DNA from: Alphaproteobacteria bacterium
GTDB lineage: Bacteria; Pseudomonadota; Alphaproteobacteria; UBA828
DNA length: 64,000 nt
Assembly (NCBI GenBank): GCA_965237415.1
Contig: CBDEFM010000001.1
Span: 64,001-128,000, forward strand
Direction: 5' to 3'
Of the stretch, positions 1 through 9,107 are shown in pieces. The notes under the pieces were generated by a model, which worked only from the letters and a program-made list of their open reading frames with translations, was not told the origin of the DNA and made no database searches. A program made the position numbers and the translations under genes. Each line of letters begins with the position of its first letter. Position 1 is the first letter of the stretch.

Positions 1-362
1 GTGTCGAGCCACGTCTGGAGCATCGGCCTGAGCGCCTCCAACATTTGCTCGTCAGTGGCCTTGCTGCCTTCGCCGGCCGGCCGGGGCGGTCGCTCGCCGG
101 AGGGCGGAAACGAGAACGCTGGCGCGCCCTCGGCGGCCTGTCCTCGCTGGATCACATTGCCCTGCTCGTCGACCACGTCGATCAGATCGAGCACGTCATC
201 GCCTCCGGAAGGCTTGGTCGCGGGCGGGGGCGAAGGTGGGGCCAAGGTCGCTGCATCTGCGTCCGCGCTCCGCCCGCGGCTCTCGCCCTCCGAGACGATC
301 TGGCCGATCGACTCCAGGATCTGCTCCTTCGATAGGTCGTCGCTGGGCTTTCGGTTGGTCAT
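1..362 (-). CDS. PopZ-like / DUF2497 polar organizing protein, partial (runs off left edge)
   Basis: Not in ORF track. ATG at 362 reads MTNRKPSDDLSKEQILESIGQIVSE (PopZ-type N-terminal helix), then a Pro/acidic linker, then MLEALRPMLQTWLD (PopZ-type C-terminal helix). Confidence 0.7.
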   Translation of the reverse strand, partial: MTNRKPSDDLSKEQILESIGQIVSEGESRGRSADADAATLAPPSPPPATKPSGGDDVLDLIDVVDEQGNVIQRGQAAEGAPAFSFPPSGERPPRPAGEGSKATDEQMLEALRPMLQTWLD

Positions 363-524
363 GGCCCCGTGCCGGCGGGCGCGTGACGCGGCTCGGCTCC
401 GAGCCTAGGTTATTCCGGTCACGATTGCCACCTCGCGCACCGATTCCGGGCAGCGGCGGTCGCCTTGGGCCGCCCCTTGGCTTATAATGTTCGGAGAGAG
501 TCGCTTGAGAAGGAGCGGGACCAC

Positions 525-947
525 TTGCCGATATCCACGCTGGAACAGCGCTGCGGCGAAATCGGCCTGAAGATGACCGAACAGAGGCGCGTGATCGCGC
601 GCGTCCTCTCGGATGCGTCGGATCATCCCGACGTCGAGGGACTCTACCGGCGCGCTACCGAGATCGACCCCCGCATCAGCCTGGCGACGGTCTATCGCAC
701 GGTCCGCCTCTTCGAGGAGTGCGGCCTGCTGGAACGCCATGACTTCCGCGACGGGCGGTCGCGCTACGAAGAGCACCCCGACGAGCACCACGACCATCTG
801 ATCGACCTGACGTCGGGCAAGGTGGTGGAATTCCAGAACGAGGAGATCGAGGCGCTTCAGGCCGCCGTCGCCAAGGCGCTCGGCTACAAGCTCGTGGATC
901 ACCGGTTGGAGCTCTACGCTGTCCCGCTGGAAACGCCCGAGGATTGA
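525..947 (+). CDS. fur: Fur/Mur family metal-responsive transcriptional repressor
   Basis: MTEQRRVI, HPDVE, ISLATVYRT and HHDHLID motifs; TTG start chosen after AAGGAG RBS. Confidence 0.9.
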   Translation: MPISTLEQRCGEIGLKMTEQRRVIARVLSDASDHPDVEGLYRRATEIDPRISLATVYRTVRLFEECGLLERHDFRDGRSRYEEHPDEHHDHLIDLTSGKVVEFQNEEIEALQAAVAKALGYKLVDHRLELYAVPLETPED

Positions 948-962
948 CGTACGAAGAAGCCC

Positions 963-1745
963 ATGACCGACGATGATTTCATCATGGCCGGGATCGTCGC
1001 CGGGAGCCTTGAGGTGCGCCTGGCGCGCTCACCGGCTGAGGTAGACGCCGTCCAGGCGCTGCGCTATCGCGTGTTCTACGAGGAGATGGCGGCCGACCCG
1101 AGCAGCGAGATGGCGGCGCGCGAGCGCGACTTCGACCGCTTCGATGCTTATTCCGACCATCTGCTTGTGATCGACCACGACCGCAGCGCCGGCGACAAGG
1201 TGGTCGGCACCTATCGCCTGCTCAGACGTTCGGTGGCGGACGCGCACGGCGGCTTCTATTCGTCCTGGGAGTACGACATCGACACGATCGTGGCCCATCC
1301 CGGCGAGATTCTGGAGCTCGGCCGCTCCTGCGTCGATCCCGCGTACCGCAACGGCACCACGATGACCCTGCTCTGGCGGGGCAACGCGACCTACGTGATG
1401 CACTACGACGTTCCGATCATGTTCGGCTGCGCCAGCTTCCCGGGTACGGACCCGGCGGCGCATGCGGCACCGCTCTCCTACCTTCATCACTTCCACCGCG
1501 CGCCGCCGGCGCTTTGCCCGCGCGCGAGGGACGAGCACTACGTCAATATGAACCTGATGCCGAAGGATGCGGTGGACAGGCGCGCCGCGCTCAAGGCGGT
1601 GCCGCCCTTGATCAAGGGCTATCTCCGGCTTAGTGGCTTCGTGGGCGACGGTGCGGTCATCGACCGGCAATGGGGCAGCGTCGATGTCAGCATCGTCGTC
1701 AAGACCGACCTCGTGACACAGCGCTACCTGGACAAGCTCACATGA
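963..1745 (+). CDS. olsB: Ornithine-acyl-ACP N-acyltransferase (GNAT family)
   Basis: QALRYRVFYEE, DxFDAYxDHL, LELGRSCV and PPLIKGYLRL motifs; next to a PlsC-type gene. Confidence 0.8.
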   Translation: MTDDDFIMAGIVAGSLEVRLARSPAEVDAVQALRYRVFYEEMAADPSSEMAARERDFDRFDAYSDHLLVIDHDRSAGDKVVGTYRLLRRSVADAHGGFYSSWEYDIDTIVAHPGEILELGRSCVDPAYRNGTTMTLLWRGNATYVMHYDVPIMFGCASFPGTDPAAHAAPLSYLHHFHRAPPALCPRARDEHYVNMNLMPKDAVDRRAALKAVPPLIKGYLRLSGFVGDGAVIDRQWGSVDVSIVVKTDLVTQRYLDKLT

Positions 1746-3058
1746 TCGCCTTCGCGGTGCTGCTCCGCTTCTTCGGCTGGACCGTCTGCCTGGTCCCGTT
1801 TCAGCTGGTTCTCATGGCGATCCGGGCGCCGCTTGCCAAACGTCTGCCCGTGGTCTGGCACCGGGGCGTGTGCCGCATCTTCGGATTCAGGATCGAGCGG
1901 TACGGTACGGTGTCGCGGACCGTGCCCACCCTCTTCGTCTGCAACCACACGTCCTACCTCGACATCAGCGCGCTTGGCGCCGTAGTGCCGGGAAGCTTCG
2001 TCGCCAAGGCCGAAGTGCGCAGCTGGCCGATGTTCGGCTTCCTCGCCAGGATGCAGCGGACCGTGTTCGTGGAGCGCCGCGCGTCGCGCACCGCTCACCA
2101 TCTCGACGACATGACCGCGCGGCTCGAGGCGGGCGACAACCTGATCCTGTTCCCGGAGGGCACCAGCAACGACGGCAACAGGGTGCTGCCGTTCAAGAGC
2201 GCCTTCTTCGGCATCGCCGAGAAGCCGGTCAGGAGCAAGCCGCTCGTGGTTCAGCCGGTCTCGATCGCCTACACGCGGCTGAACGGGATCCCCATGGGGC
2301 GGCCCTACAGGCCCTTCTACGCCTGGTACGGCGACATGGAGCTCGCGAGTCATCTGTGGACCGTGGCCGGCCTCGGCAACGCCACGATCGCCATTCAGTT
2401 TCACCCCCCGGTGACCATCGAGCAGTTCCGCTCCCGCAAGGAAATGGCCGAGGCCTGCCAGATCGCGATCGCCGACGGGGTCTCTCGCGCGATCAGCGGC
2501 AAGCTCTCGCCGCCGATCAGAAAACGCTTCTGGGCACCGAGACCCGCCTGAATCGCCCTCGCCGGCGAGGGCAGCCGGCACGATCGCCCGGCGCAAGGTG
2601 AGCGCGTCCACGGCCTCGGTCTGCGGTCTGAAGTAATAGCTGGGGCGGCGTCCGACGGGAGCGAATCCCAAGGCACGGTACAGGCGCAGTGCGGCGGTAT
2701 TGTCTTCCGCGACTTCGAGATAGAGAGCGCGGAGGTCGCGCCGGCTCACCCAATCGATCGCCGCATGCATCAGGGCGCGGGCGATGCCGCGCTCGCGCGC
2801 GGAAGGCGCCACGCCGAGCGACAGCACCTCGGCGCGTGCGTGGTTCGTACGGCCGAGAACGAAGCCCAGCGGCTCGTCCTCGCAGCGCCAGAGCAGGCCG
2901 AAGCCACCCGGAGCCTGTGCGATGCGGCCGATCAGCTCGGGCCGCCACGGTTCGTCGAAACAGCAGGCGTGGAGCGCCGCAACGGCGGAGAGGTCGCCCC
3001 CGCGGATCTCCGCGATCGACGCTGCCGCGATCGCCGGCGGATCACCCACGAGGGGCAT
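1724..3058 (-). CDS. rimI: RimI-like GNAT acetyltransferase; domain spans about 2575-3058 but the frame has no stop until 1724
   Basis: CFDEPW, AEVLSLGVAP..RERGIA, LYLEVAEDN..A..LY..LGF..VGRR..YY; follows tsaB. The C-terminal extension is antisense to olsA (see findings). Confidence 0.65.
   Translation of the reverse strand: MPLVGDPPAIAAASIAEIRGGDLSAVAALHACCFDEPWRPELIGRIAQAPGGFGLLWRCEDEPLGFVLGRTNHARAEVLSLGVAPSARERGIARALMHAAIDWVSRRDLRALYLEVAEDNTAALRLYRALGFAPVGRRPSYYFRPQTEAVDALTLRRAIVPAALAGEGDSGGSRCPEAFSDRRRELAADRARDPVGDRDLAGLGHFLAGAELLDGHRGVKLNGDRGVAEAGHGPQMTRELHVAVPGVEGPVGPPHGDPVQPRVGDRDRLNHERLAPDRLLGDAEEGALERQHPVAVVAGALREQDQVVARLEPRGHVVEMVSGARRAALHEHGPLHPGEEAEHRPAAHFGLGDEASRHYGAKRADVEVGRVVADEEGGHGPRHRTVPLDPESEDAAHAPVPDHGQTFGKRRPDRHENQLKRDQADGPAEEAEQHREGDHVSLSR
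1742..2551 (+). CDS. Lyso-ornithine lipid / lysophospholipid O-acyltransferase (PlsC family, OlsA-like)
   Basis: NHTSYLD and FPEGT motifs; ATGA overlap with olsB stop. Confidence 0.85.
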   Translation: MIAFAVLLRFFGWTVCLVPFQLVLMAIRAPLAKRLPVVWHRGVCRIFGFRIERYGTVSRTVPTLFVCNHTSYLDISALGAVVPGSFVAKAEVRSWPMFGFLARMQRTVFVERRASRTAHHLDDMTARLEAGDNLILFPEGTSNDGNRVLPFKSAFFGIAEKPVRSKPLVVQPVSIAYTRLNGIPMGRPYRPFYAWYGDMELASHLWTVAGLGNATIAIQFHPPVTIEQFRSRKEMAEACQIAIADGVSRAISGKLSPPIRKRFWAPRPA

Positions 3059-3758
3059 TTCCTCCGGTGGGCCGGGCCTTGGGCCGCGCACCGGCCTCGC
3101 GCAGGTAAAGAGGTCGCACGGGCGCCGCAACGCCCCCCTCGGCCTCGGCCTCCGCCTCGGCACGGGCGGCGGCGCAGCGGACGAGCACGCGCGCATCGGG
3201 CGTTGGGGAGCCGCTTGCCGGGCGTGCCTCGATCGCAGGTGCTAACGCCGCAAGCGCGACCTCTTGCCCGGTTCCCACCACGACAAGTGGACTGCCGTTC
3301 CCCGCCGCCACGAACCCAGGCAACGCCTCGGCCGCCAGCGCCTGCGGCGGGCAGAGCGCGCGCAGCGAACGGTCGAAGAGCTGGGCATAGAGGCGTCCCC
3401 GCCCCGCATCGAGAGCAGCGAGAACCGGCCCGTCGCGCTCACCGGCAGGAACGCCGGCAGCGAGAACCTCGAGCGTGGAAAGCCCGATCAAGGGCCGCTT
3501 CAGAGCGAGGGCGAGACCGCGCGCGGTTGCCAGGCCGATCCGAATTCCGGTGAAGGAGCCGGGGCCGACCGTGACCGCGAACCGGTCGATCGCAGCGAGC
3601 GTCGTGCCCCCCTCGGCCGCGACCTCGCGCAGCATGGGCACGAGCGCCTCCGCATGCCTGCCGCCGGCCTCGATGCGCCTGTGGGCGGTCACCTCGCCCT
3701 CGGCCCAGAGCGCGGCCGAGCAGGCCGTCGTCGCCGTGTCGAACCCGAGTAGCCTCAT
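3042..3758 (-). CDS. tsaB: t6A37 threonylcarbamoyltransferase complex dimerization subunit
   Basis: LLGFDTAT, HAEAL, TVGPGSFTGIRIG motifs. Confidence 0.92.
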   Translation of the reverse strand: MRLLGFDTATTACSAALWAEGEVTAHRRIEAGGRHAEALVPMLREVAAEGGTTLAAIDRFAVTVGPGSFTGIRIGLATARGLALALKRPLIGLSTLEVLAAGVPAGERDGPVLAALDAGRGRLYAQLFDRSLRALCPPQALAAEALPGFVAAGNGSPLVVVGTGQEVALAALAPAIEARPASGSPTPDARVLVRCAAARAEAEAEAEGGVAAPVRPLYLREAGARPKARPTGGNAPRG

Positions 3759-3900
3759 CCGTGCGGAGCCATTCGCCAATTGCTGCCTTGCGTCCGCTCG
3801 TGGCGCTCTAGCACCCGCGCGGCTGCGGCCGCAACCATGCATCGCCGGACAAACCGGTGCTATTGTGGCGAATGCTCCCGGTCGCAACGCGACGACACCC

Positions 3901-4464
3901 ATGACCGGCCTGATCGAGATCGCTCCGCCTCGCTTCGACGTGTCGCTGGCGCTTGCCTACGCCAGCGACGACAACATCACGGGCCGCCGCATCTACCGCA
4001 GGGCAGCCTGCTACCTCCACGCCGACGCCGCGGCGCTGCTCGACCGCGCCATCGATCTCGCCGGCGCGCAGGGCCTGAAACTCGTTATCTTCGACGGCTA
4101 TCGCCCGGTCGAAGCGCAATGGGCGCTCTGGCAGCAGTGCCCGGACCCGACCTTCCTTGCGGACCCAAGACGCGGCTCGCCGCACTCGCGGGGCGTCGCG
4201 GTCGATCTCAGCCTTGCGGATCGGGAGACCGGCGCGACGCTCGACATGGGCACCGGCTTCGACGATCTGACGCCGCGCGCATTCCACGGCAGCGCCGCAC
4301 CGACGCCGGCTGCACAGCGCAACCGGATGCTGCTGCTCGGCCTGATGGCGTCGGCCGGCTGGGATCACTATCTCAACGAATGGTGGCACTACCAGATGTT
4401 CACGCCCCGCCGTTATCCCCTGCTCTGGGATACCGCTGCGGGCACCGGGTTGATGGCACCGTGA
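3901..4464 (+). CDS. ddpX: D-alanyl-D-alanine dipeptidase (VanX/DdpX, M15)
   Basis: DGYRP, SPHSRGVAVD, DMGTGFD and EWWHY motifs. Confidence 0.9.
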   Translation: MTGLIEIAPPRFDVSLALAYASDDNITGRRIYRRAACYLHADAAALLDRAIDLAGAQGLKLVIFDGYRPVEAQWALWQQCPDPTFLADPRRGSPHSRGVAVDLSLADRETGATLDMGTGFDDLTPRAFHGSAAPTPAAQRNRMLLLGLMASAGWDHYLNEWWHYQMFTPRRYPLLWDTAAGTGLMAP

Positions 4465-5498
4465 CGATCCGCTCGCTCTTCCTCTCCGGTCGCTCCATGT
4501 GCATCGCACTGGCCACCGCAATCATCGTTGCAACCGGCAGCACCGCGGCGCTTGCCGCCGATTCCGCCGTCCTCCTGATCTACCACCGGTTCGGCGAGGA
4601 CTCGTACCCGTCGACGAGCGTCACGATCGCCCAGCTCGAGGCGCACATCGAGCACCTCGCGAGCGGTGGCTACAGCGTGCTGCCGGTTCCGGAGATTCTC
4701 GCGGCGATCGATGCCGGCCAGCCACTGCCGGAGCGTACCGTCGGCATCACCGTCGACGACGCGACGCGCTCGACCTTCGAGGAAGCGTGGCCGCGATTCG
4801 AGGAGGCGGGTTTCCCGTTCACCGTCTTCGTCTCCACCGACGCGGTGGATCAGGGCCACGCCGGCATCATGAGCTGGGACGAACTGCGCCAACTGGTCGC
4901 GGCGGGCGTGACCATCGGCAATCACAGCGCCGCGCACGGCTACATGTGGCGCGGGGACGACGCGGAGAACCGAGCCGACCTGCTGCGCGCGCAGCGGCGG
5001 ATCAAGGAGAAGCTCGGCGTGGATGCCGCGCTCTTCGCCTATCCCTACGGCGAATGGAACGGCGCAGTTCGTGAGCTTGTCGCGGAGCTCGGATTCACCG
5101 CGGCCTTCGGCCAGCACTCAGGCGTCGTCGCGGCGCATTCGGACAGGCTCAACCTCCCGCGCTTCGCCTTGAATGAGAGCTTCGGAGACATCGACCGCTT
5201 CAGGTTGATCGCAGATACCCTGCCGCTCGGCGCCCGCGCCGTGACACCGACGGATCAGATCATCGTGGAGAATCCGCCGACGGTCGGTTTCACGATCGAG
5301 CCGCCCCTGCCTAACCCCGCCTCCCTCGCCTGCTATGCCTCGGGTGGCGTTGATGCCACGCTCGACCACAAGGACGGCGGCCGCGTCGAGGTGCAGTTCG
5401 ACCGGCCCTTCCCGACCGGACGGGCCCGGCTCAACTGTACCGCCCCCGCCAAGGGCGGGCGCTGGCACTGGTTTGGGCTTCAGTTCGTGGCGCCGTAG
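4461..5498 (+). CDS. Secreted polysaccharide deacetylase (CE4/NodB)
   Basis: Signal-peptide-like N-terminus; LIYHRF, ITVDD, NHSAAH and FAYPYG motifs. Confidence 0.85.
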   Translation: MTIRSLFLSGRSMCIALATAIIVATGSTAALAADSAVLLIYHRFGEDSYPSTSVTIAQLEAHIEHLASGGYSVLPVPEILAAIDAGQPLPERTVGITVDDATRSTFEEAWPRFEEAGFPFTVFVSTDAVDQGHAGIMSWDELRQLVAAGVTIGNHSAAHGYMWRGDDAENRADLLRAQRRIKEKLGVDAALFAYPYGEWNGAVRELVAELGFTAAFGQHSGVVAAHSDRLNLPRFALNESFGDIDRFRLIADTLPLGARAVTPTDQIIVENPPTVGFTIEPPLPNPASLACYASGGVDATLDHKDGGRVEVQFDRPFPTGRARLNCTAPAKGGRWHWFGLQFVAP

Positions 5499-5531
5499 AG
5501 CGAGTCCGATGGCGGCGAGTGCCGCCCCTGG

Positions 5532-5664
5532 CTAGTCACCTGAATCTGAAGTTCGCCACATAAAGACAACTATATTGCACGACCACATTCTTCGACAATA
5601 GAGCGACTTAGTGTGACGACACTGCCAATTGAAAATGATCTCAACTTCAGTGTCAGGTGACTAG
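5532..5664. mobile_element. Miniature inverted-repeat transposable element (MITE)
   Basis: Left end CTAGTCACCTGAATCTGAAGTT and right end AACTTCAGTGTCAGGTGACTAG are inverted (20/22 match, including CTAG at both ends). The interior is AT-rich and non-coding. Confidence 0.75.
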
Positions 5665-6935
5665 ATAGGCTGCTCGCTCGGCAGGCCGGTCAACGCCGTC
5701 CACTGACGGTCGTTCAACCAAGCCCCGTCGAAGTCGTCCAACCGGTTCTGACGGATGATCTGGCGGATGGCTTGGACGTAAGCCGCCCGCCGCTCCGAAT
5801 ACTGGACCAATTCCCCGGCCAGGTCGTAACCGTCGATCGGCCTGCCGGCGCGACGCAGCTGAGCCCGCCGGTCGCGGAAGTCCTCGTAGGCCCAATGGCT
5901 GTTGAGATTGTGGACGTAGGCTCGCACCGCAGCGAGCAGGTTGTCGTGGCTGCGTACGCGATGCCGGCGATCGGCGTCGCGCCGCTCCGGCACCATACCC
6001 GTGACGGACTTGTACGTGTACTGACCGAAGAGCGCGTTGCCTTCCCGCACGAAGCGGGACGTACCCCATCCCGTCTCCTCCACCGCCTGCGCCAGAGCCA
6101 GCGATGGCGGCACGATATCGATCCGGCTCAGCAGGCCAGGCACGTCGAAAGGCGCGGCGCCGTAAAGCTCGGCGGTACCGATCAGCCACTCCCGGTCGGC
6201 AGCCGTCAACGCGCCGTCCCACAGGAGCCTCTCTCCCAGCCGCTCGACCCGCCAGCGCGTCGTGGTGATCTCCTCGTTCACCCGAAGGATGATCGGGAGA
6301 ACCGTCTGGACGAAGAGCCGCTTTTTCGTCTCCACGGACGAGACGTTGGCAAGGTCGTGCGGCAGCGCCTCCAGATAGAGACGCGGAACCGGCCTCGCCG
6401 CCGCCCGCACCTGGTCGAGCTCGTAGTCGAACGAAGCGAAACTCGCGATGACGGCGGTGACGGATGCCCTTGACGTCTTGGGCTTCGGGACGACCGACGG
6501 CACAGCGCTGTCCGGCACGGCACGCGCCATCACCGGCGGCTTCATCACCGGCGCCGGTGCCGGCGTGGGCTGCAGGTCTGCCGGAGAGAGGCGCATAACG
6601 GCGGCAGACGACGCGCTGATTGGCCGAGCGCGCACCACGACCGCCTCTTGCCATGCGGCCTCTTGCGGTTCGCCGGGCGGTACGTCCGAGAGAGAGAAGA
6701 CCAACCTGACACGGCCCGGCACGGCCGGCATGAGGGCTGCGGGCGCCAACTCTGCCGTCGCAGTGTCGGCCGCCTGCATCCACTGTGCGGCAAACAGAGT
6801 CAAATGCATCGGCGTGTGGGCCGCAGCCGGTTGAACGAGGTCGGTGCCGGCCGCGGAAACACCGAGAAGCGCCAGCGTCGCCACTCCCAGCGCACCCAGC
6901 GCTGACAGGGGAGCGGTTCTCCGGCTGCTCGCCAT
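5661..6935 (-). CDS. Bax-like glucosaminidase (GH73) domain protein with N-terminal signal/anchor and Pro/Ala-rich linker
   Basis: KKRLF..LP, IDIVPPSLALAQA.EETGWGTSRF..EGNALFGQ, Y.HNLNSH.AY, YSER motifs. Start uncertain. Confidence 0.8.
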   Translation of the reverse strand: MASSRRTAPLSALGALGVATLALLGVSAAGTDLVQPAAAHTPMHLTLFAAQWMQAADTATAELAPAALMPAVPGRVRLVFSLSDVPPGEPQEAAWQEAVVVRARPISASSAAVMRLSPADLQPTPAPAPVMKPPVMARAVPDSAVPSVVPKPKTSRASVTAVIASFASFDYELDQVRAAARPVPRLYLEALPHDLANVSSVETKKRLFVQTVLPIILRVNEEITTTRWRVERLGERLLWDGALTAADREWLIGTAELYGAAPFDVPGLLSRIDIVPPSLALAQAVEETGWGTSRFVREGNALFGQYTYKSVTGMVPERRDADRRHRVRSHDNLLAAVRAYVHNLNSHWAYEDFRDRRAQLRRAGRPIDGYDLAGELVQYSERRAAYVQAIRQIIRQNRLDDFDGAWLNDRQWTALTGLPSEQPI

Positions 6936-7078
6936 CTCCTTCGCCGGTGGAAGCGAAGACCGACTCCACCCGCAGTCGAGGGCACTCCCTCTGCGCGCGC
7001 GCGCAGGGGCCCGCCCTTCGGCATTCATCAAAACGCCCTATCTCCCTCCCCGGCTTCGCCGGGAGCGCACGAGCCGTG

Positions 7079-7636
7079 CTAGACGGCGCGTACCTCCACG
7101 ACTTCCGGGATGTAGTGTTTCAGCATGTTCTCGATGCCCATTTTCAGGGTCATGGTCGAGCTGGGGCAGCCCTGACACGACCCCTGCAGCTGAAGCATCA
7201 CGATGCCGTTTTGAAAACCCTGGTAAGTGATGTCACCGCCGTCCTGCGCCACGGCCGGCCGTACTCGGGTATCGAGGAGCTCCTTGATCTGAGCGATGAT
7301 CTCCGCATCGGCGCCGTCGTCCGCCTCCCCCTCTGCCGTCTCTGCGGCATCGTCGAGGAGAAGCGGATGACCCGCAACGAAGTGCTCCATGATTACGCCG
7401 AGGATCACGGGTTTCAGCATTTGCCAATCGGCGTCGTCGGACTTGGAGACCGAGACGAAGTCGCCGCCGAAGAAGACCCCGGTGACGCCCTCGATCTGAA
7501 ACAGTCGCCGCGCCAACGGAGAACGTTCCGCCGATTCGACATCGCGGAAGTCCGCAGTCCCAGACGACATCACCGCCTCTCCGGGCAGAAATTTCAATGT
7601 CGCCGGGTTCGGGGTCCGCTCGGTCTGGATGAACAT
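7079..7636 (-). CDS. NifU/NfuA family Fe-S cluster carrier
   Basis: MFIQTE.TPNPATLKFLPG, VRPAVAQDGGDI and GSCQGCPSS (CxxC) motifs. Confidence 0.93.
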   Translation of the reverse strand: MFIQTERTPNPATLKFLPGEAVMSSGTADFRDVESAERSPLARRLFQIEGVTGVFFGGDFVSVSKSDDADWQMLKPVILGVIMEHFVAGHPLLLDDAAETAEGEADDGADAEIIAQIKELLDTRVRPAVAQDGGDITYQGFQNGIVMLQLQGSCQGCPSSTMTLKMGIENMLKHYIPEVVEVRAV

Positions 7637-7749
7637 GCTTTTCCCAACCCTGCCCACTATGGGCGCCTAACCGTTATCCAGAGTGCCTTCCACGTCAAGC
7701 CCAACGGCTATGCAGCTGTTTTATAGCGGGTTTTTGAGTACTGCACAGC

Positions 7750-7758
7750 TTATCCACA
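7750..7758 (+). promoter_or_regulatory. Consensus DnaA box
   Basis: Exact TTATCCACA in an intergenic region; a 1-mismatch copy TTATCCAGA lies at 7674-7682. Confidence 0.35.
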
Positions 7759-7805
7759 GCGCCGGAACGTGTCGCGGACCCCTTGCGGCCCAGATGCGGA
7801 GCCGG

Positions 7806-8312
7806 CTACGTCAGGTCCTGGAGCTGTCGATCGTTCAGGTTGCCGGGGACAACCACGAGAGGGATGTTGAGCTGACCGGCGAGCTGACCGGCCAACCATG
7901 AAATCAACGACCCGTGTCCCTGATCGGGCGGGGCGGCGCCGACGACCAGAAGATTGATCGCCTCGTTCTCGCCGATATGGCCCAGGATCTCGTCGCCGAT
8001 ACGGCCCTCGCGCACCGCCATGCTCGGTGCCTCTCCCGTAACCTCCGTCACCTTCGCGGCCATGGATTGCAGAAGAAGCTCGGCTTCCTCCCGCGTCTCC
8101 TGCCGCATCAGCTCGCCGACCGCCGCCCAATGCTGGAACTCCGGCGGCTGCACGACGTGCAGGAGCGCGACATGCCCGCCGGAATTCCGGGCGCGTAGTG
8201 CGGCGAACCGCGCCGCGACCTCGGAGTGGCCGTCGTCCGCGACGCAGACCAGAAATGTGACCTGCCCGGCGACATGGGTCGCCCCCGGTTCGGGCGGCGC
8301 CTGCTCAGTCAT
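7806..8312 (-). CDS. Universal stress protein (UspA family)
   Basis: FLVCV.D, ALLHV, VREG, LLVVGA and IPLVVVPG pattern. Confidence 0.88.
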   Translation of the reverse strand: MTEQAPPEPGATHVAGQVTFLVCVADDGHSEVAARFAALRARNSGGHVALLHVVQPPEFQHWAAVGELMRQETREEAELLLQSMAAKVTEVTGEAPSMAVREGRIGDEILGHIGENEAINLLVVGAAPPDQGHGSLISWLAGQLAGQLNIPLVVVPGNLNDRQLQDLT

Positions 8313-8333
8313 GGCATCGATCCCGCCGCGTCC

Positions 8334-9107
8334 TCAGCCCTTGCGGAAGGCGAAGCTGCCCACCCATCCTGCCACCAGCGCCAACGCGATAGCAATGACG
8401 CCGTAGAGGGCTTCGTCCGTCCGCGCAAAGGTGGAAATGTCCGCCGAGAAGCCGGCCTTCTCGATATTCAGCGCCGCCGATCGCGTGCTGAGCACCTCGC
8501 CGTCGACCATGAGCAGCGCCTCCACCACGTAATCGCCGGTCGGCACGTGGGCGGGAAGGTCGATCGTCGTGCGGAACAAGCGCTCGTCGATGAACTCGAC
8601 CACGCCCAGCTCCGACCTGTACAGGGATTCGCGCTCCCTGTAGCGGTGGAGGGCGGCGCGGAACTCGTCGGCATCGCCCGACGTGTCGAACCAGATCGCC
8701 TCCAGCAACAGTCGCCCAGAGCCGAGCTGCTTGCGGTCGAGAAATTCGGCGTGCGCAATCTCTTCGAGTGGCCGCGACGCGGCGACGAAGTAGTAGCCGG
8801 GCACGTTGCGGAAGGCGATCGACTCCTGGTTGATCCAGACGCCGACGGTCTGACGCTTGCGGCGTACCACCACGGGCTCCTCGGGGCCGCGCACGGAGAC
8901 CACGACATCGCCCACCTCGTCGGTCGCGCCGAAGAGCAGGATCGACGTGCCGGCGAAGTTCGAATCGATCTCGATGCGCTGCGTCGAGAGCGCAATCAAC
9001 AGGGGCTCGTCAGGCCCCCCTTCCTCCGCCGCCGCGTACGTCACCGCCTGCGCTGCGACCGCCGCGGCGATCGCTGCCATCCCGATCTGGCGAAGAACAC
9101 GCATCAC
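8334..9107 (-). CDS. Conserved membrane protein, TIGR02186 family (partner of TauE-like gene)
   Basis: IEIDSNFAG..ILLFGA, VVVRRK....VWIN, LFRT.I.LP..VP.G.Y and a C-terminal TM; start overlaps the upstream stop. Confidence 0.85.
   Translation of the reverse strand: MMRVLRQIGMAAIAAAVAAQAVTYAAAEEGGPDEPLLIALSTQRIEIDSNFAGTSILLFGATDEVGDVVVSVRGPEEPVVVRRKRQTVGVWINQESIAFRNVPGYYFVAASRPLEEIAHAEFLDRKQLGSGRLLLEAIWFDTSGDADEFRAALHRYRERESLYRSELGVVEFIDERLFRTTIDLPAHVPTGDYVVEALLMVDGEVLSTRSAALNIEKAGFSADISTFARTDEALYGVIAIALALVAGWVGSFAFRKG

Noticed and set aside
3138-3161. AEAEAEAE hexanucleotide repeat in tsaB
   Set aside because: In-frame low-complexity linker near the C-terminus; no phase-variation effect.
7660-7800. 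Replication origin
   Set aside because: Spacer is short, has only one perfect DnaA box, and lacks typical oriC neighbours.
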